From a virus: 64,000 bases of DNA. The translations under genes were made by a program, and so were the position numbers. Where the stretch lies: the IMG/VR virus record IMGVR_UViG_3300032083_002615, positions 5,452 through 69,451 of that record; one strand, given 5' to 3'. The notes below the pieces were generated by a model, which saw nothing but the letters and a program-made list of their open reading frames with translations, searched no databases and was not told where the DNA came from. The first letter of the stretch is position 1; the number at the start of each line of letters is the position of its first letter. This document shows, in pieces, positions 22,501 to 32,091 of the stretch.

Positions 22501-24322
22501 AATTGAAACATATAATTATGTAACAATGTCTGTAAGTGGTGGATTAACCAACACTTATGTAACTGGTGGTGATGTGATGACAAGTTCAGTTCATGGATTA
22601 GCTTATTTTGCTAATCAAAACTTTGTGGGAAGTGGTTCAAGACACCATTTATCATCATCTAATTTATTTGTTGGAGAGGTGTTTAGTGGTTCATTAGCAC
22701 AAATAAAAGGTTGGTCTACTGCACTAAGTACATCTAAATTTAGACAACATGTATTGAATAAATTTTCTACTGTTGGTAATACAATTGAATCGTATAAAGA
22801 TGAATTAGTTTATAGTTTTAAATTAAATGAAAATTATTCCTCTGCGTCTGTTTCTGCATCTGGACAAAATTTAACAATTGTAGATTCAGCACCAACGACC
22901 ACTTATTCAGATTATTCAATTGAGAAAGCTGGTACGTTTTTTACAGGTTCATTTATTTATGGATTTGATTTAATACAAGTTGTTAAATTACCTTTACAAG
23001 ATAATTTTAGTAAACCAAATAACAACACTGTTTTAATAAATCCAAGAAGAAACATAGTTGGTGATTTAAGTCCAATTCAATCGGCAGTAATACCTTTAAG
23101 TGTAGAAAATAGTAAACCATTGTTTAAAACTTCACCGAAGTTGGAATTATATCGTTCACCACAAACATTTGTTGATAATTTTATATTAGATAATTTAAGT
23201 GGATTTAATTTAGAAACATTGTATGGTAATCCACTTAACTACTATTCACAATCATACAATGAGTTTGATACATTTAGAAATGATTTCTTTGATGCACATC
23301 CAATAGAAGTTGATGTGAATAAATTCATCAGAGCTCACGAAAGTATGTTTAATCATTCAATTATCGAAGGTGTGAAATCAATAGTTCCAGCTCGTTCAAC
23401 ATTTAGTGATAGAAATTCTAACTTTGGTGTAGAGATAAGACCAACTATGTTAGAAAAACAAAAATATGAAAATGAAGAACATAGTATTGAAGTTAATCCA
23501 AATACAGCCACTGGTAGTATAAATCCAGTAGTATCATCACCAACCTCTGAACGTATATTACCAAAATCAGGTTCTATAAGTGTAAACGCTAATGAAAGTG
23601 GTAGTTATGAATTACCACATACGGCTTCTTTATCACCATCACCTGAAACAATTTCTAATTTAATTTTACCAAAATCAGGTTCAATTAGTACTCAACCAAC
23701 TTACAATGGTTCAACTGTGGTAACATCATCTGATGGAACAATTGATTACGCTTCAATAGCAAATGAATCTTTTATAGACATTCATAAAAATTGGGGTACT
23801 GACGCAGATGATACATATTTTATAAATTACTTTGATAGTGGTTCGGATGGTAAAAATAATACATATCACATCGATACAAGAACTATTTTCCACACCATAG
23901 GTGACCACGAATATTACTCTGCTTCGAAAGGTAACTCTTCTACATTTACTGATTCTTCAAGATTTTATAGTAGATTAATTATAAATGATGATTTTCACGC
24001 AAATGCAATTTATGATGGTAAAAGTTACGGAACAGGTTCAGGAATTGTAAATGGAAGAATGATGGGTAAAACAAGATATTTTACAACAGATTCAGATGGT
24101 GAAATTATTTTACCATCAAATCACATTACTAAATTTAGTTATCCACTAAAAGAAAGAATGATTAAAGGAACACAAAATACAAATCCAGGTATTTTAAATG
24201 TACGATATGAAGACTATTCAAGTGCTTCATTTTACAGAGTTAAAGTAACAGGTGGTGAAAATCAAATTAGAGTTCAAACAGGTACTCCAAGTATAGATTC
24301 TAATAATAAAATAATATACTAA
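19562..24322 (+). CDS. Large baseplate/tail protein with a gp7/P2-gpI-like segment and a LamG-like domain
   Basis: SRKEVRL, FFGSAKKKLENFK, NNLLYIYKSKGTKNSVRALLNTYGYP...EFGG, LWNVMLQR. Confidence 0.6.
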   Translation: MPEFEFEFNQQDRELVVSQDAGTFDGTDYIRLIVYPTEAINNIVDLPDDTKGIDGKAIFFSTLATVHEINISPFTDSTGAIELKQIGTALENDFKIYKNDTTNNYYIKPNEIFNEFELPQGDYRIQIDFLNQIQVSNAFVIKQVSTSRKEVRLKILDKYLTNDNIFPFQNLLSPDGVYQFKHFLNIGTGDHIPIMNYAFDKFTDGQDNQSIILKLYDALPTNIGNLKMVTIEEEVLTTQIQDIFYFSDVPDVFFGDGLIPQPQEDWINPDGNDVEFQNYDELSGSLDDIVLDSLISESQYNYPNLNTDFSEFENHTFFGSAKKKLENFKTKVETIQGYYSEISSSLKISSSIEGDSSYIVQTRKNLFKKINDEIKTFTPYERFLYYDGQSETTASAPGLGKNYASSIPVNQRDDDNFEQLNGHDGFNVVYKHSDNSSDKNFLFKKNYLVHNKPFFNYSGSIYLSFILKGTDDVVINTQNVQKFSNPNDGGSNGFGYPLPHDTKYINNISKPAMSGSEYQRYVLQTSHSYFVPNTTNNDMVDLSFDDGDFNVGSSKITILNETPKTGSSQIADSTGNYPMTVITESGVFFKGSVMPAGELFRVNYSVTDSEVTQSFITDVKVTLNDPSDVLPFDNIYHTSSTEWTNWYNGMIDSASTFDTDNIHSFENNLPLYIQDSSEYNDMKDFLNLQGEQYDLIRNHIDSMGTIHKRGYKKTDSPPTNTLPMLLSNMGWQAINPFTGSLTDTLGSYLSSVTTIDDIKNNTWRKTLNNLLYIYKSKGTKNSVRALLNTYGYPPDVLEFQEFGGSTEESNPRVFLNTAPSGSGVDLSLSRQSGSFSFTTKKERLYRYIFNGKQDRVLNLDWYMDSADINSLEFIYKHVNTTQTQTILESSGSGNETLWDLRLVPSTDGISSSFEFRLSTANSGSNIGNDLGKSSISMSTSYEKITNGQLWNVMLQRMTSSVSGSGTNEYRLHAALQDGNTIETYNYVTMSVSGGLTNTYVTGGDVMTSSVHGLAYFANQNFVGSGSRHHLSSSNLFVGEVFSGSLAQIKGWSTALSTSKFRQHVLNKFSTVGNTIESYKDELVYSFKLNENYSSASVSASGQNLTIVDSAPTTTYSDYSIEKAGTFFTGSFIYGFDLIQVVKLPLQDNFSKPNNNTVLINPRRNIVGDLSPIQSAVIPLSVENSKPLFKTSPKLELYRSPQTFVDNFILDNLSGFNLETLYGNPLNYYSQSYNEFDTFRNDFFDAHPIEVDVNKFIRAHESMFNHSIIEGVKSIVPARSTFSDRNSNFGVEIRPTMLEKQKYENEEHSIEVNPNTATGSINPVVSSPTSERILPKSGSISVNANESGSYELPHTASLSPSPETISNLILPKSGSISTQPTYNGSTVVTSSDGTIDYASIANESFIDIHKNWGTDADDTYFINYFDSGSDGKNNTYHIDTRTIFHTIGDHEYYSASKGNSSTFTDSSRFYSRLIINDDFHANAIYDGKSYGTGSGIVNGRMMGKTRYFTTDSDGEIILPSNHITKFSYPLKERMIKGTQNTNPGILNVRYEDYSSASFYRVKVTGGENQIRVQTGTPSIDSNNKIIY

Positions 24323-24352
24323 TTTAAAATTGAGTATTTTTTCATTTTATTT

Positions 24353-24367
24353 ATATTTATATATGAA
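24353..24367 (+). promoter_or_regulatory. Putative late promoter ATATTTATATATGAA
   Basis: Exact motif copy, 30 nt upstream of ATG 24397. Confidence 0.75.
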
Positions 24368-24396
24368 TTAAAGTATTTCTAAATTAGGAGAAAATA

Positions 24397-25095
24397 ATGG
24401 GATATTTAGATAATTCATCAATTACAGTTGATGCAGTCTTAACAAAAAAAGGTAGAGAGATTTTAAAAAATGGTGGTAATTTAAACATTACTTCATTTAC
24501 AATGTCAGATACAGGAGTGGATTATACACTTTGGAATCCAGACCACCCAAGTGGTTCAGCTTTTTATGGTGAAGCTATTGAGGATTTACCAATGTTAGAA
24601 GCTAGTGTTCACGCTGAGTACAATCTAAGAAATAGATTAATATCATTAAATCAAAACACAGTTGCAGTTCCTGCAATTCAATTAAATAATTTAGATACAT
24701 CTGATGGAAGTTTGTTAACACTTGAAGATGGTAACTCTAGTGTTAGAGTTGGTGTTGATTTAGTTGGTTATACATCAACTGGTGGAGCAACATTAAATGG
24801 ATTTGAATACTATTTTGTAATTCAAGACCCATCAATTGTTTCAACAAATGCTTCATTGATGCAAAATTTAAGTGGAACAAGTCAACAATTTTTACAAGAA
24901 CAAGACATCCCATTTGCTCAACAATATGGATTTAATGGTAACGCATTTGATATGAATGCAATTCAACAAGACACCACAGGTAAAGAAACAAATGTTTATG
25001 TAGTTCACGTTGAAACTGGTGCATATAATTCATTTAGAGTAGTAAACAATGTTACTAAAAATCTAAGAGCAATAAGAACACAAGTAATAAGTTAG
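24397..25095 (+). CDS. Virion structural protein (baseplate/tail-collar-like)
   Basis: MGYLDNSSITVDAVLTKKGREIL...ITSFTMSD..VDY.LW; N-terminus resembles tail-collar 'LT..G..' starts. Confidence 0.55.
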   Translation: MGYLDNSSITVDAVLTKKGREILKNGGNLNITSFTMSDTGVDYTLWNPDHPSGSAFYGEAIEDLPMLEASVHAEYNLRNRLISLNQNTVAVPAIQLNNLDTSDGSLLTLEDGNSSVRVGVDLVGYTSTGGATLNGFEYYFVIQDPSIVSTNASLMQNLSGTSQQFLQEQDIPFAQQYGFNGNAFDMNAIQQDTTGKETNVYVVHVETGAYNSFRVVNNVTKNLRAIRTQVIS

Positions 25096-25106
25096 GAGAT
25101 TTATAA

Positions 25107-26231
25107 ATGGCAATCGCAGGTGGAAATATAATATTAGATTCAACAGAGGGAATGGATAAAATATCACAAACTGAAAAAGTAACCTCACCTTATCATTCAG
25201 ATGGAAGTTCAATATTATTAGCAACTAATATAGTTACATCATCTAATTTAACATCAACAAATGAATCATACTTTTTTGGAATAGCTAATTCTTCAACTGC
25301 TGCAACAGAGGAGTGGAACATAGCGTTTGGTGACACGGAAGGACACGGTGCATTAGTTGAAGCAGACACAAAATCTGAAACAGAGGCCATTTATAAACAA
25401 TATGCTGGATTACTTTTAGCTCCTACGGAAGTAACTGGTGGATTCTTTATTTCTTCTCCTGCTAGTAATGGTGCTTTATCAAGTGGAAAAGATAAAGAAA
25501 TATTTGTTCTAAGTGCAAGACGTTCTAATATGAAAGATAGATTGAATAAAGGAACTTGGACAGTTGTTTTATCAGGTAGTGATGCAAACGGAAAAGCTGG
25601 TTCAGGTCCTTTATCTTTAACTGATGATAGTGCAAATGATTCACCAACTGCAACTCCTGTTGGAGATAGATACAATATCGTTAGTGGAGCAGCTGGAACA
25701 ATAGTTAGTGAATCAACTGCTAGAAACTTTGGTTTCTTCTACCCTGATATGGGAATATTAGTATTCAGTGCAGCTGAGTTATCAGCTTCAATACCTTCTC
25801 ATACAGCTGCTTTAAATAAAGACAAACCAGTTCAGTTTGGACCGGCAACAGACGCTACTGCGGTGTCACAAAGTGGTTTTACAACTTCTGTAAGTCAATC
25901 AGCTAACCAAAATACAGCTTTAAGATTTTTAAATTGTTTAAAACCAAATGGTGCTAAACTTGATTTTAGAGATGAAGAAGACCAAGTAAGTGCTCAATAT
26001 TTTTGTAGAGTTAGAAGTGGACAAATGAACTTTTCAAATAATCCAACATTTGTTTCAGGTTCTTTAAATGAGTTAAGACAAAAAACAATGAGAAGTAACC
26101 CAACAACATTCATTACATCGGTTCAGTTATATAATAACGCTGGTGAAATGGTAGCTGTTGGTAATCTTTCAACACCATTGAAGAAAAACTTCCAATCAGA
26201 AGCTACGATTAAAGTTAAACTTACTTATTAA
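25107..26231 (+). CDS. Virion structural protein with a tail-collar-like C-terminus
   Basis: YFCRV....NFSNNPTF...TFITSVQLYNNAGEMVAVGNLSTPLKK...IKVKLTY. Confidence 0.55.
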   Translation: MAIAGGNIILDSTEGMDKISQTEKVTSPYHSDGSSILLATNIVTSSNLTSTNESYFFGIANSSTAATEEWNIAFGDTEGHGALVEADTKSETEAIYKQYAGLLLAPTEVTGGFFISSPASNGALSSGKDKEIFVLSARRSNMKDRLNKGTWTVVLSGSDANGKAGSGPLSLTDDSANDSPTATPVGDRYNIVSGAAGTIVSESTARNFGFFYPDMGILVFSAAELSASIPSHTAALNKDKPVQFGPATDATAVSQSGFTTSVSQSANQNTALRFLNCLKPNGAKLDFRDEEDQVSAQYFCRVRSGQMNFSNNPTFVSGSLNELRQKTMRSNPTTFITSVQLYNNAGEMVAVGNLSTPLKKNFQSEATIKVKLTY

Positions 26232-26242
26232 GATGGGTTGTT

Positions 26243-27130
26243 ATGTCCAATGTATTCGGAGAAATTGATAAATCATCAACACTAATTGAGAGTAATGTTA
26301 CTAACTACACTCACAACCTTACAACGGCTTCTAGTGGTGTTCAATCAATAAAAATAGTTTCAGGTTCAATAAATAGTAATTATTGGGAATCCTTAAATGT
26401 TTTGTTTTATACAAGTGGTTCACCACAATATGGTGATGAACATAAATTTGGTGCACCTTCAAGTAACTTATCAATTCAACCAACTCGTGGTGAACAATTT
26501 TTAACTAAATATCACAATTATCCAAGTAGTTCAATTATACAAATACCATCTCAATACTATGGTGAAAAAATAAAAGAAGGTTCTTTTACATTTACAGACT
26601 TAAATAATCCTGACAATAGTGGTAACAATCCAATAATTAGAGATGATGGTAGAGGTAATTTATATTCTACAAATGCTCACCACTCACAAAGTACAACAGC
26701 TGTTTCATCGTCTGATAATTATGTTGGTAATATATTTTATGATAAAGGTTTAGCAGTAATTACAGAAACAGGTTCTTGGAGTGGAAGTGTAGATTATTCA
26801 GATTTAGCCACAAACTATACATTAAAATTTGATTCACATCACACAATTACAACACACGAGTATAATGTTACTTTATTACCACAAGATTATAATTTAACAA
26901 TGAATTATTCAATAAGAAATGTTTTGAGTGGAAGTTCTGAACCAGTGACTTTAGGAACACAATATGTAGCATCAACTTTTTCAAGTAGTGCTTGGCAACC
27001 ATACATTACAACAATAAATTTATATCAAGATGGTGATTATGATACACCTGTGATTCAAGCCACTTTACCAAGACCAGTTAGAAAAAGTGATAAGATAAAT
27101 ACAAGATTTAAAATAAAATTAGATTTATAG
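26243..27130 (+). CDS. Virion structural protein, paralogue of the preceding gene
   Basis: YGEKIKEGSF, DDGRGNLY, VGNIFYDKGLAVIT, PYITTINLY...ATLPRPVRK...KIKLDL. Confidence 0.55.
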   Translation: MSNVFGEIDKSSTLIESNVTNYTHNLTTASSGVQSIKIVSGSINSNYWESLNVLFYTSGSPQYGDEHKFGAPSSNLSIQPTRGEQFLTKYHNYPSSSIIQIPSQYYGEKIKEGSFTFTDLNNPDNSGNNPIIRDDGRGNLYSTNAHHSQSTTAVSSSDNYVGNIFYDKGLAVITETGSWSGSVDYSDLATNYTLKFDSHHTITTHEYNVTLLPQDYNLTMNYSIRNVLSGSSEPVTLGTQYVASTFSSSAWQPYITTINLYQDGDYDTPVIQATLPRPVRKSDKINTRFKIKLDL

Positions 27131-27137
27131 GAGACAA

Positions 27138-27647
27138 ATGGTTTCATTAGGATTAGATGCATCGACAACTTGTGTCGGATATGCATTCACAGAAGATAAG
27201 AAGATTCTCGATATGGGATTCATCGACATCAAAAAAGAAAAAACACCCAAAGATAAAGTTGAAAAAGTTCTTGGATTTTTACACGAAAGTCCTTATATTG
27301 ATACTGTTACTGATATTAACATTGAGGATAATTTATCAGGTTTTGCTGGTGGAAGAACTTCACAACAAGTTATTATCAAGTTAGCTAAATTTAATGCAAT
27401 ACTTTGTTTTATGTTAGAAAACTTTGATTATAAGGTTCATAGTATAAATCCAATGACTGCTAGAAAAAATGTATTTGGAGTAGCTAGAGTCAAAGGTATA
27501 AAAGCAAAAGATTTAGTGAAATCAAAAATAGAAGAAATGTATAATACTTCTAAATGGTGTAAAGAAACAAAAACAGGTTTATGGGATAAAAGAAATATTG
27601 ATATGTATGATGGATTGGTTATGTCACTTTTTGAAAAAAAAGCTTGA
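27138..27647 (+). CDS. RuvC-like Holliday junction resolvase
   Basis: LGLDASTTCVGYA (catalytic D), INIED (E), DMYDG (D..D) RNase H-fold motifs. Confidence 0.8.
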   Translation: MVSLGLDASTTCVGYAFTEDKKILDMGFIDIKKEKTPKDKVEKVLGFLHESPYIDTVTDINIEDNLSGFAGGRTSQQVIIKLAKFNAILCFMLENFDYKVHSINPMTARKNVFGVARVKGIKAKDLVKSKIEEMYNTSKWCKETKTGLWDKRNIDMYDGLVMSLFEKKA

Positions 27648-27672
27648 TTATTTCCTAAATTCTTCGTATATT
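27637..27672 (+). promoter_or_regulatory. Sigma70-like promoter of the primase operon
   Basis: AAAAAGCTTGATT ... TTCGTATATT, 7 nt before ATG 27680, no SD. Confidence 0.65.
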
Positions 27673-27679
27673 GTCTTAA

Positions 27680-28600
27680 ATGTATAAATACGAATTAGTT
27701 AAATTATTAGAAAAAGTTTTATATCCAAGTTATGAGATGAAAGGTGGGGAACACGCTTTCCATTGTCCTTTCTGTAATCATCACAAGAAAAAACTACAAG
27801 TAAACTTTGAAACACAAAAGTGGCATTGTTGGGTTTGTAATGCTGGTGGACATAAGATTGGTATATTGCTTAGAAAGATAAACGCACCTAAACAAATCAT
27901 ATCAGAGGTATTGAAAATACTTGGTGATTATAAAGGTGTCAAACACGAAAAAGATGAAAAGACAGAATATAATGTTTCATTACCACAATGTTATCAACCA
28001 CTTTGGAAACCATCAAAAGACCCATTGTATACAAATGCAATCAGTTATTTGAAAAGACGAGGTATTGGTGGTATAGATATATTAAGATATTCTATGGGTT
28101 ATTGTTCGTCTAATGGTTATGCTAATCGTATCATTATACCAAGTTATGATTGTGATGGTAAATTGAATTATTTTATAGCAAGGGATATGTTTCCTAATTC
28201 AAAGTTAAAATACAAAAACCCACCGATGTCAAAAGATACAGTGTGTTTTGAAATGTTTATAAATTGGAATGAACCTATTGTTTTAGTAGAAGGTGTGTTT
28301 GATGCTATTACAATTAGAAGAAATGCTATACCTTTATTAGGTAAGTTTCCAAGTAAAACATTGGTTATGAGATTAGTGGAAAAGAATGTAAAACAAATAT
28401 ATGTAGCATTGGATGAAGACGCAAGACAAGATGCAATTAAGTTATCCAAGTTTTTAATGGATTATGGGATTTCTACATACTTATTAAATATGAAAGACAA
28501 AGACCCATCGGAATTAGGTTTCACAAAATTTTGGGAGTTACTCAACTCAACACAACAATCAACATTTTCAGATATTATAAAAGGCAGATTATATGGTTAA
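27680..28600 (+). CDS. DNA primase (Zn-finger + TOPRIM)
   Basis: CPFC..H...WHCWVC Zn ribbon, RIIIP, KYKNP, LVEGVFDA, VALDEDA, KDPSELG. Confidence 0.92.
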   Translation: MYKYELVKLLEKVLYPSYEMKGGEHAFHCPFCNHHKKKLQVNFETQKWHCWVCNAGGHKIGILLRKINAPKQIISEVLKILGDYKGVKHEKDEKTEYNVSLPQCYQPLWKPSKDPLYTNAISYLKRRGIGGIDILRYSMGYCSSNGYANRIIIPSYDCDGKLNYFIARDMFPNSKLKYKNPPMSKDTVCFEMFINWNEPIVLVEGVFDAITIRRNAIPLLGKFPSKTLVMRLVEKNVKQIYVALDEDARQDAIKLSKFLMDYGISTYLLNMKDKDPSELGFTKFWELLNSTQQSTFSDIIKGRLYG

Positions 28601-31600
28601 AACAATTGCTCACTTAGCAGATATTCATATTCGTAAATTACATAGGTTTGTGGAATACAGACAAGTATTTAAAAAACTTTACAAACAATTAAAAGACTTA
28701 AAACCAGATGTGATTTACATTGGTGGTGATGTGGTTCATGGAAAACTTGATACATCACCTGAAGAAGTCAGAATGGTTGCAAACTTCTTTTTAGAATTAT
28801 GTAAAATAGCTCCTACGATTATCATACCAGGTAATCACGATTGTAATCTAAACAATAAATCAAGAGAAGATACACTTTCACCTATTGTGGATTTGGTACA
28901 GAAAATAACACCTAATTTACATTATTGGAAAAAAACAGGTGTTTATACAATGGATAATGTGGACTTCGCTACATTGTCTATTTTTGATATTGATAAAGAG
29001 GGTAAACAAAGAACGGATACAATGCCTTCACCTGATAATCATAGAGAACAAACCAAGATTGCTTTGTTTCACGGTGGAGTAGATAAACACTTTTATGATA
29101 ATGGATTTCAAGTTCAAGATGATAGGGTGACAAATGACACATTTGCTGGATATGATATGGTATTGTTGGGTGATATACACAAAAGACAATTCTTGAATGA
29201 AGAAGAAACTATTGCATATCCAGGTTCATTGATTCAACAGAATTATTCAGAAGAACCAAGTCATGGATTTCTATTATGGGATGTAGAGAAAAGAAAAGCT
29301 ACATATCATCAAGTAGAGAATGATTATGGGTATAAAATATTAAATGTGGTGGATGGTGAAATACAAAACTCAACAACTGGTAAACCATTTGAATTAACAT
29401 TTATGCCACCTAAAGGTAGAGTTAAAATTAAATTTACAAACACTACATTGGAACAAATTAAAGATATTCAAATCGGTTTAAGAAAACAATATCCAAAGTT
29501 AAAAGAAATAGTAACTGAAAGACAAGATAATATATCCATTGGTGATGATAGAGAGAATAAATTAGACATTGGTGATGTAAGAGATGTTAATTATCAGAAT
29601 GAATTAATTGAAGATTTCTTGAAAAGAAATGTTGATGGTATTGATGAAGCTACGATTAAAAGAGTTCAAGATATAAATGATATGACGAATAATTCACCAG
29701 AAATCTACGATGGTGATATTACAAGGAATGTGGATTGGAAAATAAAATCATTTGAATTTGATAATATGTTTTGTTATGGTAAAGGGAATAAGATTGACTT
29801 TACAAAATTAGATGGAACGATTGGTGTGGTTGCTCCAAATCATAGTGGTAAGTCGGCTATAATGGACGCTATTGCATATACAATCTATGATGTTTGTTCA
29901 AGAACCAATAGAGCGTTGGATGTAATGAATAAAAAGAAAACCACTTTCAGAGCTAAGTTGAATTTAGAAATCAATGGTATGGATTATTGGATTGAAAGAG
30001 ATGCTAAATACAAAAGAGTGAATCATAAGAATGGTAAAGTATCTCATCAATGTCCAGTAAAGGTTAAGTTCTATATGATAGATGATTCAGGTGAAGAAGT
30101 GGATTTAAGTGGAGCAGCCAGATTCAACTCCACATATGGTACAGGTACAAACGAGGAAATCAAGAAAGTGTTAGGAACATTTGACGACTTCATTTTAACC
30201 TCGTTATCACTACAAACCAATGGAATGAACTTCCTTGACAAGAAACAAGCCGAGAGAAAAAAAATTCTTTCCACTTTTATGGACATTGAGGTGTTTGAAC
30301 AATTGGAAACCATCGCTAAATCTGATTCCAATGAAGAAAGAATTATGTTACGACAATTTCAAAAGAAAGATTCCTATAAAGAGATTGGTGTAATTAATCA
30401 AAGAATAGGTGAATTGGAAAAAGATGAACAAGAGTTTAAAACTAAAGACGAAACCATTGGTAATACATTATTTGAATTAGAAGATAAAAAAATAGAGCTG
30501 GTTAGAAAACTTTATAAAATAGATGAAACTTATGATATAGAAGAATTACAATTAAATAAAAGTAATTTAAATACCGAAAAGTCTAATATTGAAACACAAT
30601 TAAAAGATGATTTGGAATATAAAGAACAATTACGTCCAATGTATATGGATTATCATAAAAAGTTATCTGAAATCGATGAAGAGAAAATACAAGAAGATTA
30701 TGAGAATTGGAAAGAATCAAAACAATATTTAACAGAATTAGAAAACAAAATAAAATTAAATGAATCTAAAACCAAGTCTTTAAATCATCACAATCAAGAT
30801 TTAATGAAATTTACATATGATGAGAATTGTGAGTTTTGTATAAAAAATGGTAAAGAACAAATACACGAACAAGAAGAAATACAAAATAAAATAAAAGAAT
30901 TATTTGATGAACATTCTAATCTAACAGCACTTTATAAAAAGACAGAATATTCATTACAGAAGTTAGGAAATGCTGATGAACGAAATCGTGAGTTTAAAAT
31001 ATTCTCTGAAGAATTGAATCAAATACAACACGATGCTGTAAAGATTGGTGGAAAGATTTCCACACAAGAAAGTAGATTAAAACATATTGAATCAGATTTA
31101 AAAACAATAGAATCCAATATAACAAGATACTATGAATTGGAAGAAAAAATTGAAAACAATAATAGACTAAATGATGAAATATCTACTTTAACTACTCAAA
31201 TATCTAATCTACAATTGGAAGCTATAGATATTGATAAACAATATAAAAAAGTTCTTTCCACATTATCAGTAGCTAAAAACCAAAAACAACAAATAGAAGA
31301 TGATATACAGAAACTTGTTGATATAGAACAAAAGATATTGGATTATGATTTATACTTAATGGCTTTATCCAAAGATGGTGTTCCATATGAATTAATATCA
31401 AAAGCTATTCCATCGATTGAAAGAGAAATCAACAATGTATTGGAAAATATGAATGCAGGTTTTCATATTGAATTAGAGATGAAAGATAAAATGATTGATG
31501 CCTTTATATGTTATGGTGAGGATAAATGGAATCTTGAATTATCATCGGGTATGGAAAGGTTTGTTTCATCATTAGCAATTAGAATAGGATTAATCAATGT

Positions 31601-31817
31601 ATCAACATTACCTCGTCCTAACTTCATTATTGTAGATGAGGGATTTGGTGCTTTGGATTCAGACAATATTGCTAATATGCAAGGAGCGTTTCAATACTTG
31701 AGAACTCAATTTGATTTCACTATGATTATTACTCACTTGGATACGATTAAAGATTATATGGATACATTGATTCCAATTAATGTAAATAATGGATTGAGTA
31801 AAGTGGTGATGAATTAG
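28593..31817 (+). CDS. Fused Mre11/SbcD nuclease - Rad50/SbcC ATPase (T4 gp47-gp46-like)
   Basis: ADIH, GGD, GNHD, GDIH, YPGS phosphoesterase motifs; Walker A APNHSGKS; zinc hook CEFC; signature LSSGME; Walker B VDEGFGALD; ITH. Confidence 0.92.
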   Translation: MVKTIAHLADIHIRKLHRFVEYRQVFKKLYKQLKDLKPDVIYIGGDVVHGKLDTSPEEVRMVANFFLELCKIAPTIIIPGNHDCNLNNKSREDTLSPIVDLVQKITPNLHYWKKTGVYTMDNVDFATLSIFDIDKEGKQRTDTMPSPDNHREQTKIALFHGGVDKHFYDNGFQVQDDRVTNDTFAGYDMVLLGDIHKRQFLNEEETIAYPGSLIQQNYSEEPSHGFLLWDVEKRKATYHQVENDYGYKILNVVDGEIQNSTTGKPFELTFMPPKGRVKIKFTNTTLEQIKDIQIGLRKQYPKLKEIVTERQDNISIGDDRENKLDIGDVRDVNYQNELIEDFLKRNVDGIDEATIKRVQDINDMTNNSPEIYDGDITRNVDWKIKSFEFDNMFCYGKGNKIDFTKLDGTIGVVAPNHSGKSAIMDAIAYTIYDVCSRTNRALDVMNKKKTTFRAKLNLEINGMDYWIERDAKYKRVNHKNGKVSHQCPVKVKFYMIDDSGEEVDLSGAARFNSTYGTGTNEEIKKVLGTFDDFILTSLSLQTNGMNFLDKKQAERKKILSTFMDIEVFEQLETIAKSDSNEERIMLRQFQKKDSYKEIGVINQRIGELEKDEQEFKTKDETIGNTLFELEDKKIELVRKLYKIDETYDIEELQLNKSNLNTEKSNIETQLKDDLEYKEQLRPMYMDYHKKLSEIDEEKIQEDYENWKESKQYLTELENKIKLNESKTKSLNHHNQDLMKFTYDENCEFCIKNGKEQIHEQEEIQNKIKELFDEHSNLTALYKKTEYSLQKLGNADERNREFKIFSEELNQIQHDAVKIGGKISTQESRLKHIESDLKTIESNITRYYELEEKIENNNRLNDEISTLTTQISNLQLEAIDIDKQYKKVLSTLSVAKNQKQQIEDDIQKLVDIEQKILDYDLYLMALSKDGVPYELISKAIPSIEREINNVLENMNAGFHIELEMKDKMIDAFICYGEDKWNLELSSGMERFVSSLAIRIGLINVSTLPRPNFIIVDEGFGALDSDNIANMQGAFQYLRTQFDFTMIITHLDTIKDYMDTLIPINVNNGLSKVVMN

Positions 31818-31978
31818 AGTTTTAAAATTCTATCTGTATCTTTTGGTTGGTTTTTAAAGTAGTCAAATAATATTCTTGATATGTTGGCTGATATGGTTAA
31901 TCCTCTTGACTTACTATCAACAATTAGTTTCTCATCTATTCCATATGAGATTGATATTGACCTTATTTTCTTTTCCAT
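31814..31978 (-). CDS. 54-aa ribbon-helix-helix (Arc/CopG-like) DNA-binding protein, not in the ORF track
   Basis: Translates MEKKIRSISISYGIDEKLIVDSKSRGLTISANISRILFDYFKNQPKDTDRILKL*; GAGGA SD on the minus strand at ~31986-31990; alternating beta strand RSISIS then helix-G-helix. Confidence 0.7.
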   Translation of the reverse strand: MEKKIRSISISYGIDEKLIVDSKSRGLTISANISRILFDYFKNQPKDTDRILKL

Positions 31979-32057
31979 AATAAATTCCTCTATTTAATAA
32001 TAATTATTAAGAATTATTAAAAATCAAAAATATAAATTAATATTATTTTCTTCTTTG

Positions 32058-32072
32058 ATATTTATATATGAA
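32058..32072 (+). promoter_or_regulatory. Putative late promoter ATATTTATATATGAA
   Basis: Exact motif copy upstream of the tail-fibre operon. Confidence 0.75.
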
Positions 32073-32091
32073 ATATTATATGGAGAAATCA

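Noticed and set aside
30071-30331. Minus-strand 86-aa ORF within a C-richer patch of the Rad50 domain
   Set aside because: Antisense to a conserved ATPase region; no SD or domain evidence
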